From: Christensenellales bacterium
Lineage (GTDB): Bacteria > Bacillota > Clostridia > Christensenellales > Aristaeellaceae
Assembly: GCA_045112195.1 (NCBI GenBank)
Contig: JBGUHQ010000008.1
Span: 14,285 to 78,284 of the forward strand
Reading direction: 5' to 3'
DNA: 64,000 nucleotides
Of the stretch, positions 8,071 through 17,680 are shown in pieces (position 1 is the stretch's first letter; each line of letters begins with the position of its first letter). Position numbers and translations under genes: made by a program. A model generated the notes under the pieces. That model did not search any database. It was not told where the DNA came from and saw only the letters and a program-made list of their open reading frames with translations.

Positions 8071-9081
8071 ATGTCGGTGAAAAAGCCAACGATGCGGGAT
8101 ATTGCCTGCGAGGTGGGGACCAGCGCAGTGACGGTTTCCAAGGCCATGGCCGGAAAGACGGGCATGAGCGATGAGCTGCGGATGAAGATCCTGAAAAAGG
8201 CTTCGGAGATGGGATACGAGTATCCCCACAACACCCGCCTGCTGCCCCGGGAGCATCTGGAGATCGGAATCCTGATTCCGGACAAGTATTTTGAGGCGGA
8301 TTCGTTCTACGCGGAGATCTACAAGCGGCTGGTCAAAAAACTGGCGGATCTTGGGCATTTCGGCCTGCTGGAGCTGCTGGACCCGGAGAATGAGCGGGAA
8401 CTGGCGCTTCCGAACCTGCTGACCACCAAGCATGTGGACGGACTGGTGATGCTGGGCGAGCCGGCGAAGGCTTATTACCGGAAGGTGGCCCAGGCGGGAA
8501 CGCCGATCGTGTTCCTGGATTTTTATGACGAGCAGGCCAACGCGGATGCCGTGGCGGGAGATAACAGCTACGGTACCTACCGGCTGACCAGCCACCTGAT
8601 CCGGCGCGGCCACCGGAAGATCGGATTTGTCGGAAACATCAAGGTAACCAGCAGTATCATGGACCGTTACCTTGGTTATTACCGGGCTATGCTTGTAAAC
8701 GACCTGCAGGTGCGGGAAGAATGGATCCTGCCGGACCGGAAGATGACCGGCGGGATCGTGAGACCGGAATTGCCCGAAGAACTGCCGACGGCCTTTGTCT
8801 GCAACTGCGACATGACGGCCCGGATGATGATCGACCTGCTGAGGGACAAGGGATACCGGGTGCCGGAGGACATCTCCGTAACCGGGTTTGACGATTACCC
8901 GGCAGGGAGTGAAACGGACATTCCCCTGAGCACCTTCCGGATTGACACGGACGGAATGATCGAACTGGCTGTCAAAACGCTTCTGGATCGCTGCGCCGGA
9001 AGCGGCAAGCCCTTCGGCCGGTTTGTAGTCGGCGGACAGCCGGTCTATCGGCATTCTGAAACCGAGATTCAGGATGCATGA
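8071..9081 (+). CDS. LacI family transcriptional regulator
   Basis: N-terminal HTH PTMRDIACEVGTSAVTVSKAM followed by a periplasmic-binding-protein-like sugar-binding fold. Start ATG 8071. Confidence 0.9.
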   Translation: MSVKKPTMRDIACEVGTSAVTVSKAMAGKTGMSDELRMKILKKASEMGYEYPHNTRLLPREHLEIGILIPDKYFEADSFYAEIYKRLVKKLADLGHFGLLELLDPENERELALPNLLTTKHVDGLVMLGEPAKAYYRKVAQAGTPIVFLDFYDEQANADAVAGDNSYGTYRLTSHLIRRGHRKIGFVGNIKVTSSIMDRYLGYYRAMLVNDLQVREEWILPDRKMTGGIVRPELPEELPTAFVCNCDMTARMMIDLLRDKGYRVPEDISVTGFDDYPAGSETDIPLSTFRIDTDGMIELAVKTLLDRCAGSGKPFGRFVVGGQPVYRHSETEIQDA

Positions 9082-9083
9082 CA

Positions 9084-9116
9084 ATTCATAATTCATAATT
9101 CACAATTCATAATTAG
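9084..9116 (+). repeat. heptamer tandem array AATTCAT AATTCAT AATTCAC AATTCAT AATTA
   Basis: 4.7 copies of a 7-nt unit starting 3 nt after the lacI-like stop codon (9079-9081). About 80% AT. Confidence 0.8.
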
Positions 9117-9171
9117 AAATGGTTTAGCACAGTTCAGGGAAACAGTTATGACTGAGAAGGAGTACGGGAAA

Positions 9172-10203
9172 ATGGGCAAAGTAAAAATGATTAACGCGGA
9201 AGCACTGCCGAATATTCCCTGGCAGGAGAAACCGACGGATCTGGTTGCGGAATCGCCGGTCTGGCGCTATTCAGAGAACCCGGTGATGGGCCGGAATCCC
9301 ACACCGGAGATTGCGCGGATCTTCAACAGCGCGGTGGTGCCGTGGGAGGACGGGTTCATTGCGGTGCTGCGCGGGGAACAGATCAACGGCGTGCCCTATG
9401 TTTATCTGGGCCATTCGAAGGACGGCATCCACTGGGATGTGGAACGGGAGAAGGTGCCCTTTACCGACGAGGCGGGGAACCCGAAGATGCCGCATTACGC
9501 CTATGATCCCCGGCTGGTGAAGGTGGAGGATACCTACTACATCATCTGGTGCGGGGATTTCTACGGCGCCTCCATCGGCATGGCGAAGACGAAGGATTTC
9601 AAAACCTTCACCCGGATTGAGAATCCATTTATTCCCTTCAACCGGAACGCGGTGCTGTTCCCCCGGAAGATCGGCGGAACCTACCGCCTGCTTTCCCGGC
9701 CGTCGGACAGCGGACACACGCCCTTCGGCGATATCTTTATCAGCGAGAGCCCGGATATGACCTTCTGGGGCAAACACCGCCATGTGATGGGCAGCGGCGG
9801 GGAATGGTGGCAGAGCGTGAAAATCGGCGCCGGCGCGGCGCCCATCGAGACCAGCGAAGGCTGGCTGATGTTCTACCACGGCGTGGCTACCACCTGCAAC
9901 GGTTTTGTGTATTCCATGGGCGGCGCGATCCTGGATATCAACGAGCCCAGTAAGGTGCTGTACCGCTGTGCCAACCACCTGCTGACACCGGAAGAACCCT
10001 ATGAGGTCAGCGGCTATGTGCCGAACGTGATCTTCCCCTGCGCGACGCTGCAGGACGGGGATACGGGACGGATCGCGATTTATTACGGCGCGGCTGACAC
10101 CCATGTAGGCCTTGCGTTTACGACCGTTGACGATGTGGTTACGTATATCAAGGAACACAGCGTGCTGCATCCCGGTGATAATGAAGGAGTACATAACTAC
10201 TGA
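9172..10203 (+). CDS. GH130 beta-1,4-mannooligosaccharide phosphorylase-like
   Basis: Five-bladed beta-propeller GH130 sequence (NSAVVPW..., YYGAADT). The short (about 340 aa) form resembles R. albus MP2. ATG 9172 has AAGGAG 9 nt upstream. The alternative start is ATG 9148. Confidence 0.8.
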   Translation: MGKVKMINAEALPNIPWQEKPTDLVAESPVWRYSENPVMGRNPTPEIARIFNSAVVPWEDGFIAVLRGEQINGVPYVYLGHSKDGIHWDVEREKVPFTDEAGNPKMPHYAYDPRLVKVEDTYYIIWCGDFYGASIGMAKTKDFKTFTRIENPFIPFNRNAVLFPRKIGGTYRLLSRPSDSGHTPFGDIFISESPDMTFWGKHRHVMGSGGEWWQSVKIGAGAAPIETSEGWLMFYHGVATTCNGFVYSMGGAILDINEPSKVLYRCANHLLTPEEPYEVSGYVPNVIFPCATLQDGDTGRIAIYYGAADTHVGLAFTTVDDVVTYIKEHSVLHPGDNEGVHNY

Positions 10204-11378
10204 TGAGAAGCAGAAGTTTTGAATCTTTGATGGAGCAGTATGAGCGGCTGCTGGCGAGGCCGAACCCGGCGGACGAGCATTTTTACAACGGGCTGTTCAT
10301 CCGGTACCGTAACCCGGTGCTGACCCGGGAGCATATCCCGCCCTTCTGGATGTACGACGCGAATCCGGAAAGCAATCCCTTCATGATGCAGCGGCTGGGC
10401 GTCAACGCGACGATGAACAGCGGCGCCATCAAGTTGAACGGAAAATACTGCCTGGTGGTCCGGGTGGAGGGGATGGACCGGAAGAGCTTCTTTGCCGTGG
10501 CGGAAAGCGACCGGCCCACGGAAGGCTTCCGCTTCCGGGATTACCCGGTGATCCTGCCGGATACGGAAAAGCAGGAAACCAACGTGTACGACATGCGTTT
10601 GACCGCACATGAGGACGGCTGGATCTACGGCGTTTTCTGCTCGGAAAGCAAGGACACGAACAGCGCGGATCTGTCAGCGGCGGTGGCGGCGGCGGGCATC
10701 GTGCGGACGAAGGACCTGGAGAGGTGGGAACGGCTGCCGAACCTGGTCACCCTGCACTCTCCCCAGCAACGGAATGTGGTGCTGCATCCGGAGTTTGTGG
10801 ACGGTAAATACGCTTTCTATACCCGTCCGATGGACGACTTCATCGAGACCGGGTCCGGGGGCGGCATTGGCTTCGGCCTGTGCGAAGATATCACCCATGC
10901 CGTGATCGGGGAGGAAAAGATTATCTCCCGCCGGAAATACCATACCCTGACCGAAAGCAAGAACGGCGCCGGTGCGGTGCCGATCAGAACGGACCGGGGC
11001 TGGATCCATATCGCCCACGGTGTGCGGAATACCGCGGCGGGGCTGCGATATGTGCTGTACGCCTTCGCGACGGACCTGAAGGATCCGGCGAAGCTGATCG
11101 CCGAGCCTTCCGGCATGCTGCTGGGACCGCTGGGACGGGAACGCACCGGCGACGTGAGCAATGTGGTGTTCACCAACGGCGCGATCGCGGATGAGGACGG
11201 AAAAGTCTATATTTACTATGCTTCCTCCGATACCCGGATGCATGTGGCGGAAACGGACGTGGAACGGCTGAAGGACTATGTGTTCAATACGCCGGAGGAT
11301 CCGCTGCGGAGCCCGGACTGCGTGCGGCAGCGGGCGGAGCTGATCCGCAGGAACCTGGAATATATGAGGAATCAGTAA
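10203..11378 (+). CDS. GH130 4-O-beta-D-mannosyl-D-glucose phosphorylase-like
   Basis: 391-aa GH130 long form ([19 protein letters not shown]..., YYASSDT). ATG overlaps the upstream TGA by 1 nt (tgATGa). Confidence 0.8.
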   Translation: MRSRSFESLMEQYERLLARPNPADEHFYNGLFIRYRNPVLTREHIPPFWMYDANPESNPFMMQRLGVNATMNSGAIKLNGKYCLVVRVEGMDRKSFFAVAESDRPTEGFRFRDYPVILPDTEKQETNVYDMRLTAHEDGWIYGVFCSESKDTNSADLSAAVAAAGIVRTKDLERWERLPNLVTLHSPQQRNVVLHPEFVDGKYAFYTRPMDDFIETGSGGGIGFGLCEDITHAVIGEEKIISRRKYHTLTESKNGAGAVPIRTDRGWIHIAHGVRNTAAGLRYVLYAFATDLKDPAKLIAEPSGMLLGPLGRERTGDVSNVVFTNGAIADEDGKVYIYYASSDTRMHVAETDVERLKDYVFNTPEDPLRSPDCVRQRAELIRRNLEYMRNQ

Positions 11379-11396
11379 GGAAAGAAGGCAGCGGTT

Positions 11397-12902
11397 ATGC
11401 TGAAGCCGGCAACCCTGTTTACGGACGGGGCGGTACTGTGCAGAAACAAGGAGATCCGCGTTTTCGGGGAGGCGGATGACGGGGTGGCCGTGACGGCGGT
11501 GCTGCGGGACCGGCATGGAAACGTGCTGGCTGAAGCGGAGAGCCAAAGCCGGGACGGCCGCTTCCTCATGTCCTTCAGCCCCCAGACAGCGCAGACCGGC
11601 TGCACGCTGACTTTCCGGTCCGGGAAAGAGCAGGCTGAAGCGGCGGACGTCGCCATCGGCGAGGTATTCCTGGCCGGCGGACAGAGCAATATGGAACTGG
11701 AACTGCGCAACGCGGACGAGGGGCCGGGGATCATCGAACGGTACGACGATCCGCTGCTGCGTTTCTTCAACGTGCCGAAAATTGCCATTGCCGGGCCTGA
11801 ACAGCGGAAAGCCAACGAGGAAACCCGCTGGCATGCCGTCCGCCCGGACGAGGGCGGGGAAAACAGCGCGGTGGCCTATTTTTTTGCCGCGAAGCTCCGG
11901 GAGAAGATGCCGGAGATACCCGTGGGAATCATCGGCTGTTACTGGGGCGGCACCTCGGTCACCTGCTGGATTGAGGAAGAAAGCCTCCGGACCTGCGCGG
12001 AAGGTGCCCGCTACCTGGATGAGTATGCCGCGCAATGCAAAGGGAAAACGATGGAAACCTGGCTGGAGGAAGACCGGGTATTCTGGGATACGATCAACGC
12101 CTGGAACCAGGCGGTGGCGGAGTATCAGCAGGCGCATCCGGACGCGCCGTGGAAAGAGGTTGAGGGCGTCTGCGGCCCGGCGCCGTGGGATCCGCCCGCC
12201 GGGCCGGGATCACCTTTCCGCCCCGCGGGGCTGGCGGCGACCATGGTCCGGGAGGTCGTGCCGGTTACGCTGACAGGCATTCTGTATTACCAGGGTGAGC
12301 AGGACGCGGGGGTGACCGATCAGTATGACGTGCTGATGAAACTGCTGATCAGCAGCTGGCGGGACCTGTTCCGGGAAAAAACTTTGCCGTTCCTGTTTGT
12401 GCAGCTGCCGATGTGGCTGGACTGGGACGCGGAGGACGCGCACAGCTGGGCAAAAATCCGCCTGGCCCAGGCTAAAGCAAGGGACGAAACGCCCGGCACC
12501 GGCATGATCTGCCTGCTGGACCAGGGCGAGTACGGCAATATCCATCCGACGGCAAAGCGGCCGGTCGGGGAGCGGCTGGCGGAACTGGCCGGTGCGATGC
12601 TCTATGGCGGCGGAGCGGTTTCGCCGCGGGCGCTGGGAAAACGGACGGAAGGGAACATGCTGATCGTCAGCCTTTCCGCGCCGGTAAAGACGAAGGACGG
12701 TAAAGCCCCGAACCTGCTGGAGATTGCCGGAGAGGACGGACAATTCGTTCCCGCCCGGGCGGAGATCCGGGGCAACCGGCTGATCCTGGAAGCGGAAGGC
12801 GTCAGCCGTCCGGTCCGCGCCCGTTACGCCTGGACGGATTATTCCTGCCAGGTGAACCTCTTCGGGGAGAACGGGCTGCCCCTGGAACCGTTCAGCCTGT
12901 AA
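11397..12902 (+). CDS. carbohydrate O-acetylesterase (sialate O-acetylesterase/SASA-like SGNH family); probable acetyl-mannan esterase
   Basis: GGQSNME catalytic-serine motif near the N-terminus. 501 aa. Last gene of the mannan module. Confidence 0.7.
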   Translation: MLKPATLFTDGAVLCRNKEIRVFGEADDGVAVTAVLRDRHGNVLAEAESQSRDGRFLMSFSPQTAQTGCTLTFRSGKEQAEAADVAIGEVFLAGGQSNMELELRNADEGPGIIERYDDPLLRFFNVPKIAIAGPEQRKANEETRWHAVRPDEGGENSAVAYFFAAKLREKMPEIPVGIIGCYWGGTSVTCWIEEESLRTCAEGARYLDEYAAQCKGKTMETWLEEDRVFWDTINAWNQAVAEYQQAHPDAPWKEVEGVCGPAPWDPPAGPGSPFRPAGLAATMVREVVPVTLTGILYYQGEQDAGVTDQYDVLMKLLISSWRDLFREKTLPFLFVQLPMWLDWDAEDAHSWAKIRLAQAKARDETPGTGMICLLDQGEYGNIHPTAKRPVGERLAELAGAMLYGGGAVSPRALGKRTEGNMLIVSLSAPVKTKDGKAPNLLEIAGEDGQFVPARAEIRGNRLILEAEGVSRPVRARYAWTDYSCQVNLFGENGLPLEPFSL

Positions 12903-12916
12903 CACTGTTTTTCCCG

Positions 12917-12945
12917 TTGACCACCGCAGACTTTTCAGTTACAAT
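12917..12945 (+). promoter_or_regulatory. orphan promoter-like element
   Basis: TTGACC-17 nt-TACAAT immediately after the esterase stop codon. No ORF with a start codon follows before the terminator at 13057. Confidence 0.3.
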
Positions 12946-13056
12946 CAATACAGGCTTCGGGGACGGCACCCATCGTAAAAACGGCAGCGACAGCGTCGAA
13001 GCACTTAAGGTGATCAGGGATCTGTACAGCGATCTGCTGAAACAAGCGTAACCCTT

Positions 13057-13086
13057 CCCCTCAGGCGGCCCGCCTGAGGGGTTTTT
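13057..13086 (+). terminator. intrinsic terminator
   Basis: CCCCTCAGGCGG-cc-CGCCTGAGGGG-TTTTT. Confidence 0.65.
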
Positions 13087-13112
13087 CAAAACATGCGGAA
13101 GGAATACGGAAA

Positions 13113-13706
13113 ATGGAAGAGATCAGGATCAGCGACGCAATCAGCTATATCGGGGCTTCTGACAATCCGCTCAGCGCGGATATCGGAATCATCCGGCGGG
13201 AGGACGGAACCTGGCTGTACGACGTGGGGAACGGCGAAAAGAATATCGCCGGCCTGGATGAAAGCTACCGTATCGTCCTGTCCCACTTCCATGCAGACCA
13301 TACCGGCAATATCGGCCGGATCCGGGCGGAATCGCTGTATGTTTCCCGGGAGACATACGACCATATCGGCCGGGGCGAAATCGTACGGGAGGATCTCCGC
13401 ATCGGCGGCATGCATATTTTCCCGCTGCCGTCCAGCCATACCAAAGGCGGCCTGGGGCTGGAAGTGGACGGGGAATACGCCTTTGTCGGAGACGGGCTTT
13501 ACAGCAAGGTGAAGGACGGATTCTATGTATACAACGCCCAGCTGCTGAAGAATGAAATCGAAGTTCTGGGCAGGCTGAAGGCGTCGAAGCTGCTGGTGAG
13601 CCATTTCGCGGGCCTGGTCCGGGACAGGGATGAAGTGATTGAAGAACTGAAACTGATTTACAGCAAAAGGGAAAAGAACTCTCCGGAAATCCGGGTCGGA
13701 ATGTAA
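13113..13706 (+). CDS. MBL-fold metallo-hydrolase
   Basis: HxHxDH motif (LSHFHADHTGN). 197 aa. Confidence 0.75.
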   Translation: MEEIRISDAISYIGASDNPLSADIGIIRREDGTWLYDVGNGEKNIAGLDESYRIVLSHFHADHTGNIGRIRAESLYVSRETYDHIGRGEIVREDLRIGGMHIFPLPSSHTKGGLGLEVDGEYAFVGDGLYSKVKDGFYVYNAQLLKNEIEVLGRLKASKLLVSHFAGLVRDRDEVIEELKLIYSKREKNSPEIRVGM

Positions 13707-13831
13707 CACTGGGCTGTCGGCCGGGCCGTTGATGAAGGAAACAGTATTGGGCAAATCGAATCAATATAACAGAAGGGGCATCTGAACAGCGTCCGGAGCC
13801 CGAAGGGAATCCGGACAGACGAGGTACCGGA

Positions 13832-14920
13832 ATGAATGCGCTGAAGATCATACGGAATTATTTCTTCTATTGTGGGATCGAAAAAGACGAATACAATGCG
13901 CTGAAAAAAGATGCGTATGTTTCGAACTATAAAATCTGGCGGGTTCTCCATTTTCTGATGGCGGCCGTTTTCGGGCTGCTGTTTGCCTTTTCGTTTGCCA
14001 GCGACCTGCTGGCCCTGAACCGGGTTTTCTACCTGGCCGCCCTGGTTTATTCCGTTGCCGCTATCGCTCTTTTCGGATGCCTGAGGAAAGAATCGATTCT
14101 CGCCCAGTTCCTGATTTATCTGTCCATCTCCCTGCTGTTTCTGTTCGGCTGCGTGATTTCCCAGAACAGGCCGGACAGTCCTGCCGTCACATTCATCGCA
14201 TTTTTGCTGATTACGCCGATGTTTATGATCGATAAGCCCTTTTTCATGGCTTTTGAGCTGATTGCCGCGTCCGCCGTGTTCCTGGGCTGGATGCACGGCG
14301 TCAAACCGCCCGAAGTCTGGCAGATTGATTTCGGCAACGTGGTGACGTTCACTGTGGTCGGGATCTTCCTGAATATCATCGCCAACGCGATCCGCATCAA
14401 GGAATTCGTGCTGACCCGGGAAATCAATGTCCAGAAAGATACGGACGAAATGACCGGACTGAAAAACAAGGGCGCACTGACCAGGGAGATCAATGAATAC
14501 CTGGCGCATGCTTCTGCCGGCAAAGGCGTTATGTTCCTGCTGGATATCGATCGGTTCAAGTCGATCAACGATACATATGGCCACGACGTCGGGGACAGCG
14601 TCATCAGCCGGTTCGGCAGTTTCCTCAGGGACAGGTTTACCGACCGCGAAATTGTCGGACGCTTCGGAGGGGACGAGTTCATCGTCTTTTTCAGGGACGG
14701 GGACAGTCCTGAAGAAGCCTGCCGGATCGCGGAGGGAATCATCTCAGGAGCAGCGGAGAACGTCGTGCTGCCGGACCGGAAAGAAGGGATCAGCGTCAGT
14801 ATCGGCATCGCCGTGTGCGACGGCAGTGAAAAGAATTATTCGGACGTGTTCAAAAAGGCCGATACTGCCATGTACAGGTCGAAAGCTGACCTGGATAGGA
14901 GAATCCATCTGTACGAATAA
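13832..14920 (+). CDS. membrane-bound diguanylate cyclase (GGDEF domain)
   Basis: About 6 N-terminal TM helices, then RFGGDEFIVF and the DIDRFKSINDTYGH motif. Confidence 0.85.
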   Translation: MNALKIIRNYFFYCGIEKDEYNALKKDAYVSNYKIWRVLHFLMAAVFGLLFAFSFASDLLALNRVFYLAALVYSVAAIALFGCLRKESILAQFLIYLSISLLFLFGCVISQNRPDSPAVTFIAFLLITPMFMIDKPFFMAFELIAASAVFLGWMHGVKPPEVWQIDFGNVVTFTVVGIFLNIIANAIRIKEFVLTREINVQKDTDEMTGLKNKGALTREINEYLAHASAGKGVMFLLDIDRFKSINDTYGHDVGDSVISRFGSFLRDRFTDREIVGRFGGDEFIVFFRDGDSPEEACRIAEGIISGAAENVVLPDRKEGISVSIGIAVCDGSEKNYSDVFKKADTAMYRSKADLDRRIHLYE

Positions 14921-14964
14921 CCGGCCGGAGAGTTGCAGAACGAACAAAATACATCCGAAATGTG

Positions 14965-14993
14965 TTGACAATCGCCCGGGAAGGGCGTAAACT
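14965..14993 (+). promoter_or_regulatory. promoter of the T-box leader
   Basis: TTGACA-17 nt-TAAACT. Confidence 0.45.
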
Positions 14994-14999
14994 CCCGTT

Positions 15000-15257
15000 A
15001 AAGGCCTTGAAGGAGAGGGGTCCAGGGTTCGGCGTAAGAGACGCGGCGGTCGGTGCGAGCCGCGGGAAGAACCTGGATGCTGTCGCTCCCGAGCCGGAAG
15101 GAAGAAAGCGGAGACGCGAGTAGAGCCTTCCCGAACCAGCCGCGTAAGGGCAATGGACCTGCTGGGGTCCGTGAGTGGCGGAGGAATCCGCAATTTGAGT
15201 GGTACCGCGGGCAATATTCATGCTCGTCTCAAAGTGTTTTGAGACGAGCATTTTTTT
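15000..15257 (+). promoter_or_regulatory. T-box riboswitch leader (tRNA-sensing transcription attenuator)
   Basis: Stem I carries the AG bulge (AAGAGA, 15046-15051) and the distal loop (GGTGCGA). The conserved T-box sequence is gaGTGGTACCGCGgg at 15197-15211. The antiterminator (TTTGAG / bulge TGGTACCG / CGGGCA..TGCTCG / CTCAAA) is mutually exclusive with the terminator ATGCTCGTCTCAAA-gtgt-TTTGAGACGAGCAT-TTTTTT at 15220-15257. Confidence 0.75.
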
Positions 15258-15262
15258 AGCAA

Positions 15263-15346
15263 GGGATCCCTCGGCTACGCTCGGGATGACACCGCTGCGG
15301 CGGGGGAGATTTCTCCACGCGGCCTTCGGCCTTGGTCGAAAAGACA
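15263..15346 (+). repeat. mosaic REP-like dispersed repeat, copy A (modules 1+2)
   Basis: GGGATCCCTCGGCTACGCTCGGGATGACA + CCGCTGCGGCGGGGGAGATTTCTCCACGCGGCCTTCGGCCTTGGTCGAAAAGACA. Module 2 recurs at 39452-39509 and module 1 at 36057-36112. Confidence 0.6.
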
Positions 15347-15382
15347 GACAGGGATGGGATGACATAACAGGAGGTCTGGAAC

Positions 15383-17680
15383 ATGGCGCAGATGACAGGA
15401 TTGAATTACAAGATCCAGGAGATGGCTCACCGGATCCGGGAGCTGCGGGAGATCGAGAACTTCACGATCGCTGAAATGGCGAACAAGACGGGCGTTACGG
15501 AGCAGGAGTATATCGACTGCGAGATGGGCCGGTCGGACCTGAACTTCGCGTTCCTGTACCGCTGCGCCCTGGCGTTCGGCGTTGACGTCGGCGATATCAT
15601 CGAGGGTTCCAGCCCGAACCTGAACTCCTTTACCGTTACCCGGCGGGGCGAAGGCCAGCGCATTGAGGAAGCCCACGACATGGTGTATTACAACATGGCG
15701 GCTTCCTTCCGGAACCGGATCGCGGAACCCCTGTATGTGCAGGCGGCCTACAGCGCCGAAGCCGAGAAGGAGGATATCAAGCTGACCACCCATGAAGGGC
15801 AGGAGTGCGATATCGTCATCGAGGGCCAGCTGAAGGTCCAGGTGGGCGAGCACATCAGCGTGCTGAACCCCGGCGATTCCATCTATTACGACTCCGGCAC
15901 GCCCCACGGCATGATCGCCGTGGGCGGCGAGGACTGCCTGTTCTACGCGATTGTCCTGAACCCGACCGGCGCCCCGATTCCGGAACTGACCCCCGAAAAG
16001 GCCATGCCCGGCACGGCCCTGCAGGAGTTCCCGGCGGAGAACGGCCGGACCCGCGTGTGGCACCGCTACGCCGACGTGGAAAAGGACGAGAACGGCACGC
16101 CGGTGAAGATCGAATTCAAGAATACCGAAAAGTTCAACTTCGCCTTCGACGTGATCGACGCGATCGCCGAGGAAGTGCCGAACAAGCTGGCCATGCTGCA
16201 CCTGGACCGGGACCTGAACGAACACCGGTTCACCTTCAACGACCTGAAGCGTGCGTCCAACCGCTGCGCGAACTACTTCAAATCCCTGGGCATCAAAAAG
16301 GGTGACCGGGTCATGCTGGTGCTCAAGCGGCATTACCAGTTCTGGTTCTCCATCCTGGCCCTGGAGAAGATCGGCGCCATCGCCATTCCGGCCGTGGCCC
16401 AGCTGCAGGAACATGATTTTGAGTACCGCTTCAATGCCGCCGGCGTGAAGGCCATCATCTGCACCGCGGACGGCGACACAGCGCACCAGGCGGAACTGGC
16501 CGCAAAGGACGCGCCCTGCCTGGAACTGAAGCTGATTGTGAACGGCACCCGGGAAGGCTGGCATACCTTCGACGAGGAATACCAGATGTATTCCACCCAC
16601 TTCAACCGCACGGACGACACGCCCTGCGGCGACGACCTGATGCTGATGTACTTCACCTCCGGCACGACGGGCTATCCCAAGATCGCCGCCCACAGCTACA
16701 AGCATCCCCTGGGCCACCTGCATACGGCCAAATACTGGCACTGCGTGAACCCGAACGGCCTGCACTTGACGATCTCCGACACGGGCTGGGCCAAGGCCGG
16801 CTGGGGCAAGATCTACGGCCAGTGGCTGTGCGAAGCCGCGATCTTCGTATACGACTTTGACCGCTTCGACGCGGCGACGATCCTGCCGCTGTTCGCGAAG
16901 TACCATATCACGACCTTCTGCGCGCCGCCCACCATGTGGCGGATGCTGATCAAGCAGGACCTGAGCAAGTACGACCTGAGTTCCGTGACCCACGCTTCCA
17001 GCGCCGGCGAAGCGCTGAACCCGGAGGTTTACCGCCAGATCGAGCTGCAGACCGGCCTGCAGGTCATGGAAGGCTTCGGCCAGACCGAAAGCACCATGAT
17101 CATCGGCAACCTGGCCGGCGCGGATCACAAGCTGGGCTCCATGGGCAAGGTGGCTCCGATTTATCATGTGGAGCTGCTGGATCCGGAAGGCAATCCTGTG
17201 CCCGCCGGTACCCCGGGCGAGATTTGCGTGGATATTTCCAAAGGCATCCCGATCGGCCTGTTCCAGATGTATTACCGGGATGAGGAAAAGACGAAGGAAG
17301 TTATGCACGACGGCTGGTACCACACCGGCGACCTGGCCTGGTGCGACGAGGACGGTTTCTACTGGTACGTGGGACGGGCGGACGACGTGATCAAGTCCAG
17401 CGGCTACCGCATCGGGCCGTTCGAAATTGAGAGTGTGATCATGGAACTGCCCTACGTGCTGGAATGCGGCGTCAGCGCCGCGCCGGACGAGGTCCGCGGC
17501 CAGGTGGTCAAGGCGAGCATCGTGCTGACCAAGGGCACCGAAGGCACCGAGGAACTGAAGAAAGAGATCCAGAATTACGTCAAGCAGCATACCGCGCCGT
17601 ATAAGTATCCCCGGATCGTCGTATTCCGGGATGAACTGCCCAAGACTGTATCCGGCAAGATCCAGAGGGCGCTGCTGTGA
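15383..17680 (+). CDS. XRE-HTH / cupin / AMP-forming medium-chain acyl-CoA synthetase fusion protein
   Basis: N-terminal HTH (FTIAEMANKTGVTEQEYIDCEMG) and a cupin (GDSIYYDSGTPHGM). ANL adenylation motifs follow: YFTSGTTGYPK, GFGQTE, YHTGD, GRADDVIKSSGYRIGP and PKTVSGKIQR. 765 aa. Confidence 0.85.
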   Translation: MAQMTGLNYKIQEMAHRIRELREIENFTIAEMANKTGVTEQEYIDCEMGRSDLNFAFLYRCALAFGVDVGDIIEGSSPNLNSFTVTRRGEGQRIEEAHDMVYYNMAASFRNRIAEPLYVQAAYSAEAEKEDIKLTTHEGQECDIVIEGQLKVQVGEHISVLNPGDSIYYDSGTPHGMIAVGGEDCLFYAIVLNPTGAPIPELTPEKAMPGTALQEFPAENGRTRVWHRYADVEKDENGTPVKIEFKNTEKFNFAFDVIDAIAEEVPNKLAMLHLDRDLNEHRFTFNDLKRASNRCANYFKSLGIKKGDRVMLVLKRHYQFWFSILALEKIGAIAIPAVAQLQEHDFEYRFNAAGVKAIICTADGDTAHQAELAAKDAPCLELKLIVNGTREGWHTFDEEYQMYSTHFNRTDDTPCGDDLMLMYFTSGTTGYPKIAAHSYKHPLGHLHTAKYWHCVNPNGLHLTISDTGWAKAGWGKIYGQWLCEAAIFVYDFDRFDAATILPLFAKYHITTFCAPPTMWRMLIKQDLSKYDLSSVTHASSAGEALNPEVYRQIELQTGLQVMEGFGQTESTMIIGNLAGADHKLGSMGKVAPIYHVELLDPEGNPVPAGTPGEICVDISKGIPIGLFQMYYRDEEKTKEVMHDGWYHTGDLAWCDEDGFYWYVGRADDVIKSSGYRIGPFEIESVIMELPYVLECGVSAAPDEVRGQVVKASIVLTKGTEGTEELKKEIQNYVKQHTAPYKYPRIVVFRDELPKTVSGKIQRALL

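Noticed and set aside
9084-9116. Heptamer arrays as CRISPR arrays, intrinsic terminators or CodY boxes.
   Set aside because: The units are 7 nt with no spacers, and there are no cas genes, so this is not CRISPR. There is no GC stem or U-tract, so they are not terminators. AATTCAGAATT only loosely resembles the CodY box AATTTTCWGAAAATT: about 8/15 matches in the best register and the inner TT/AA are missing.
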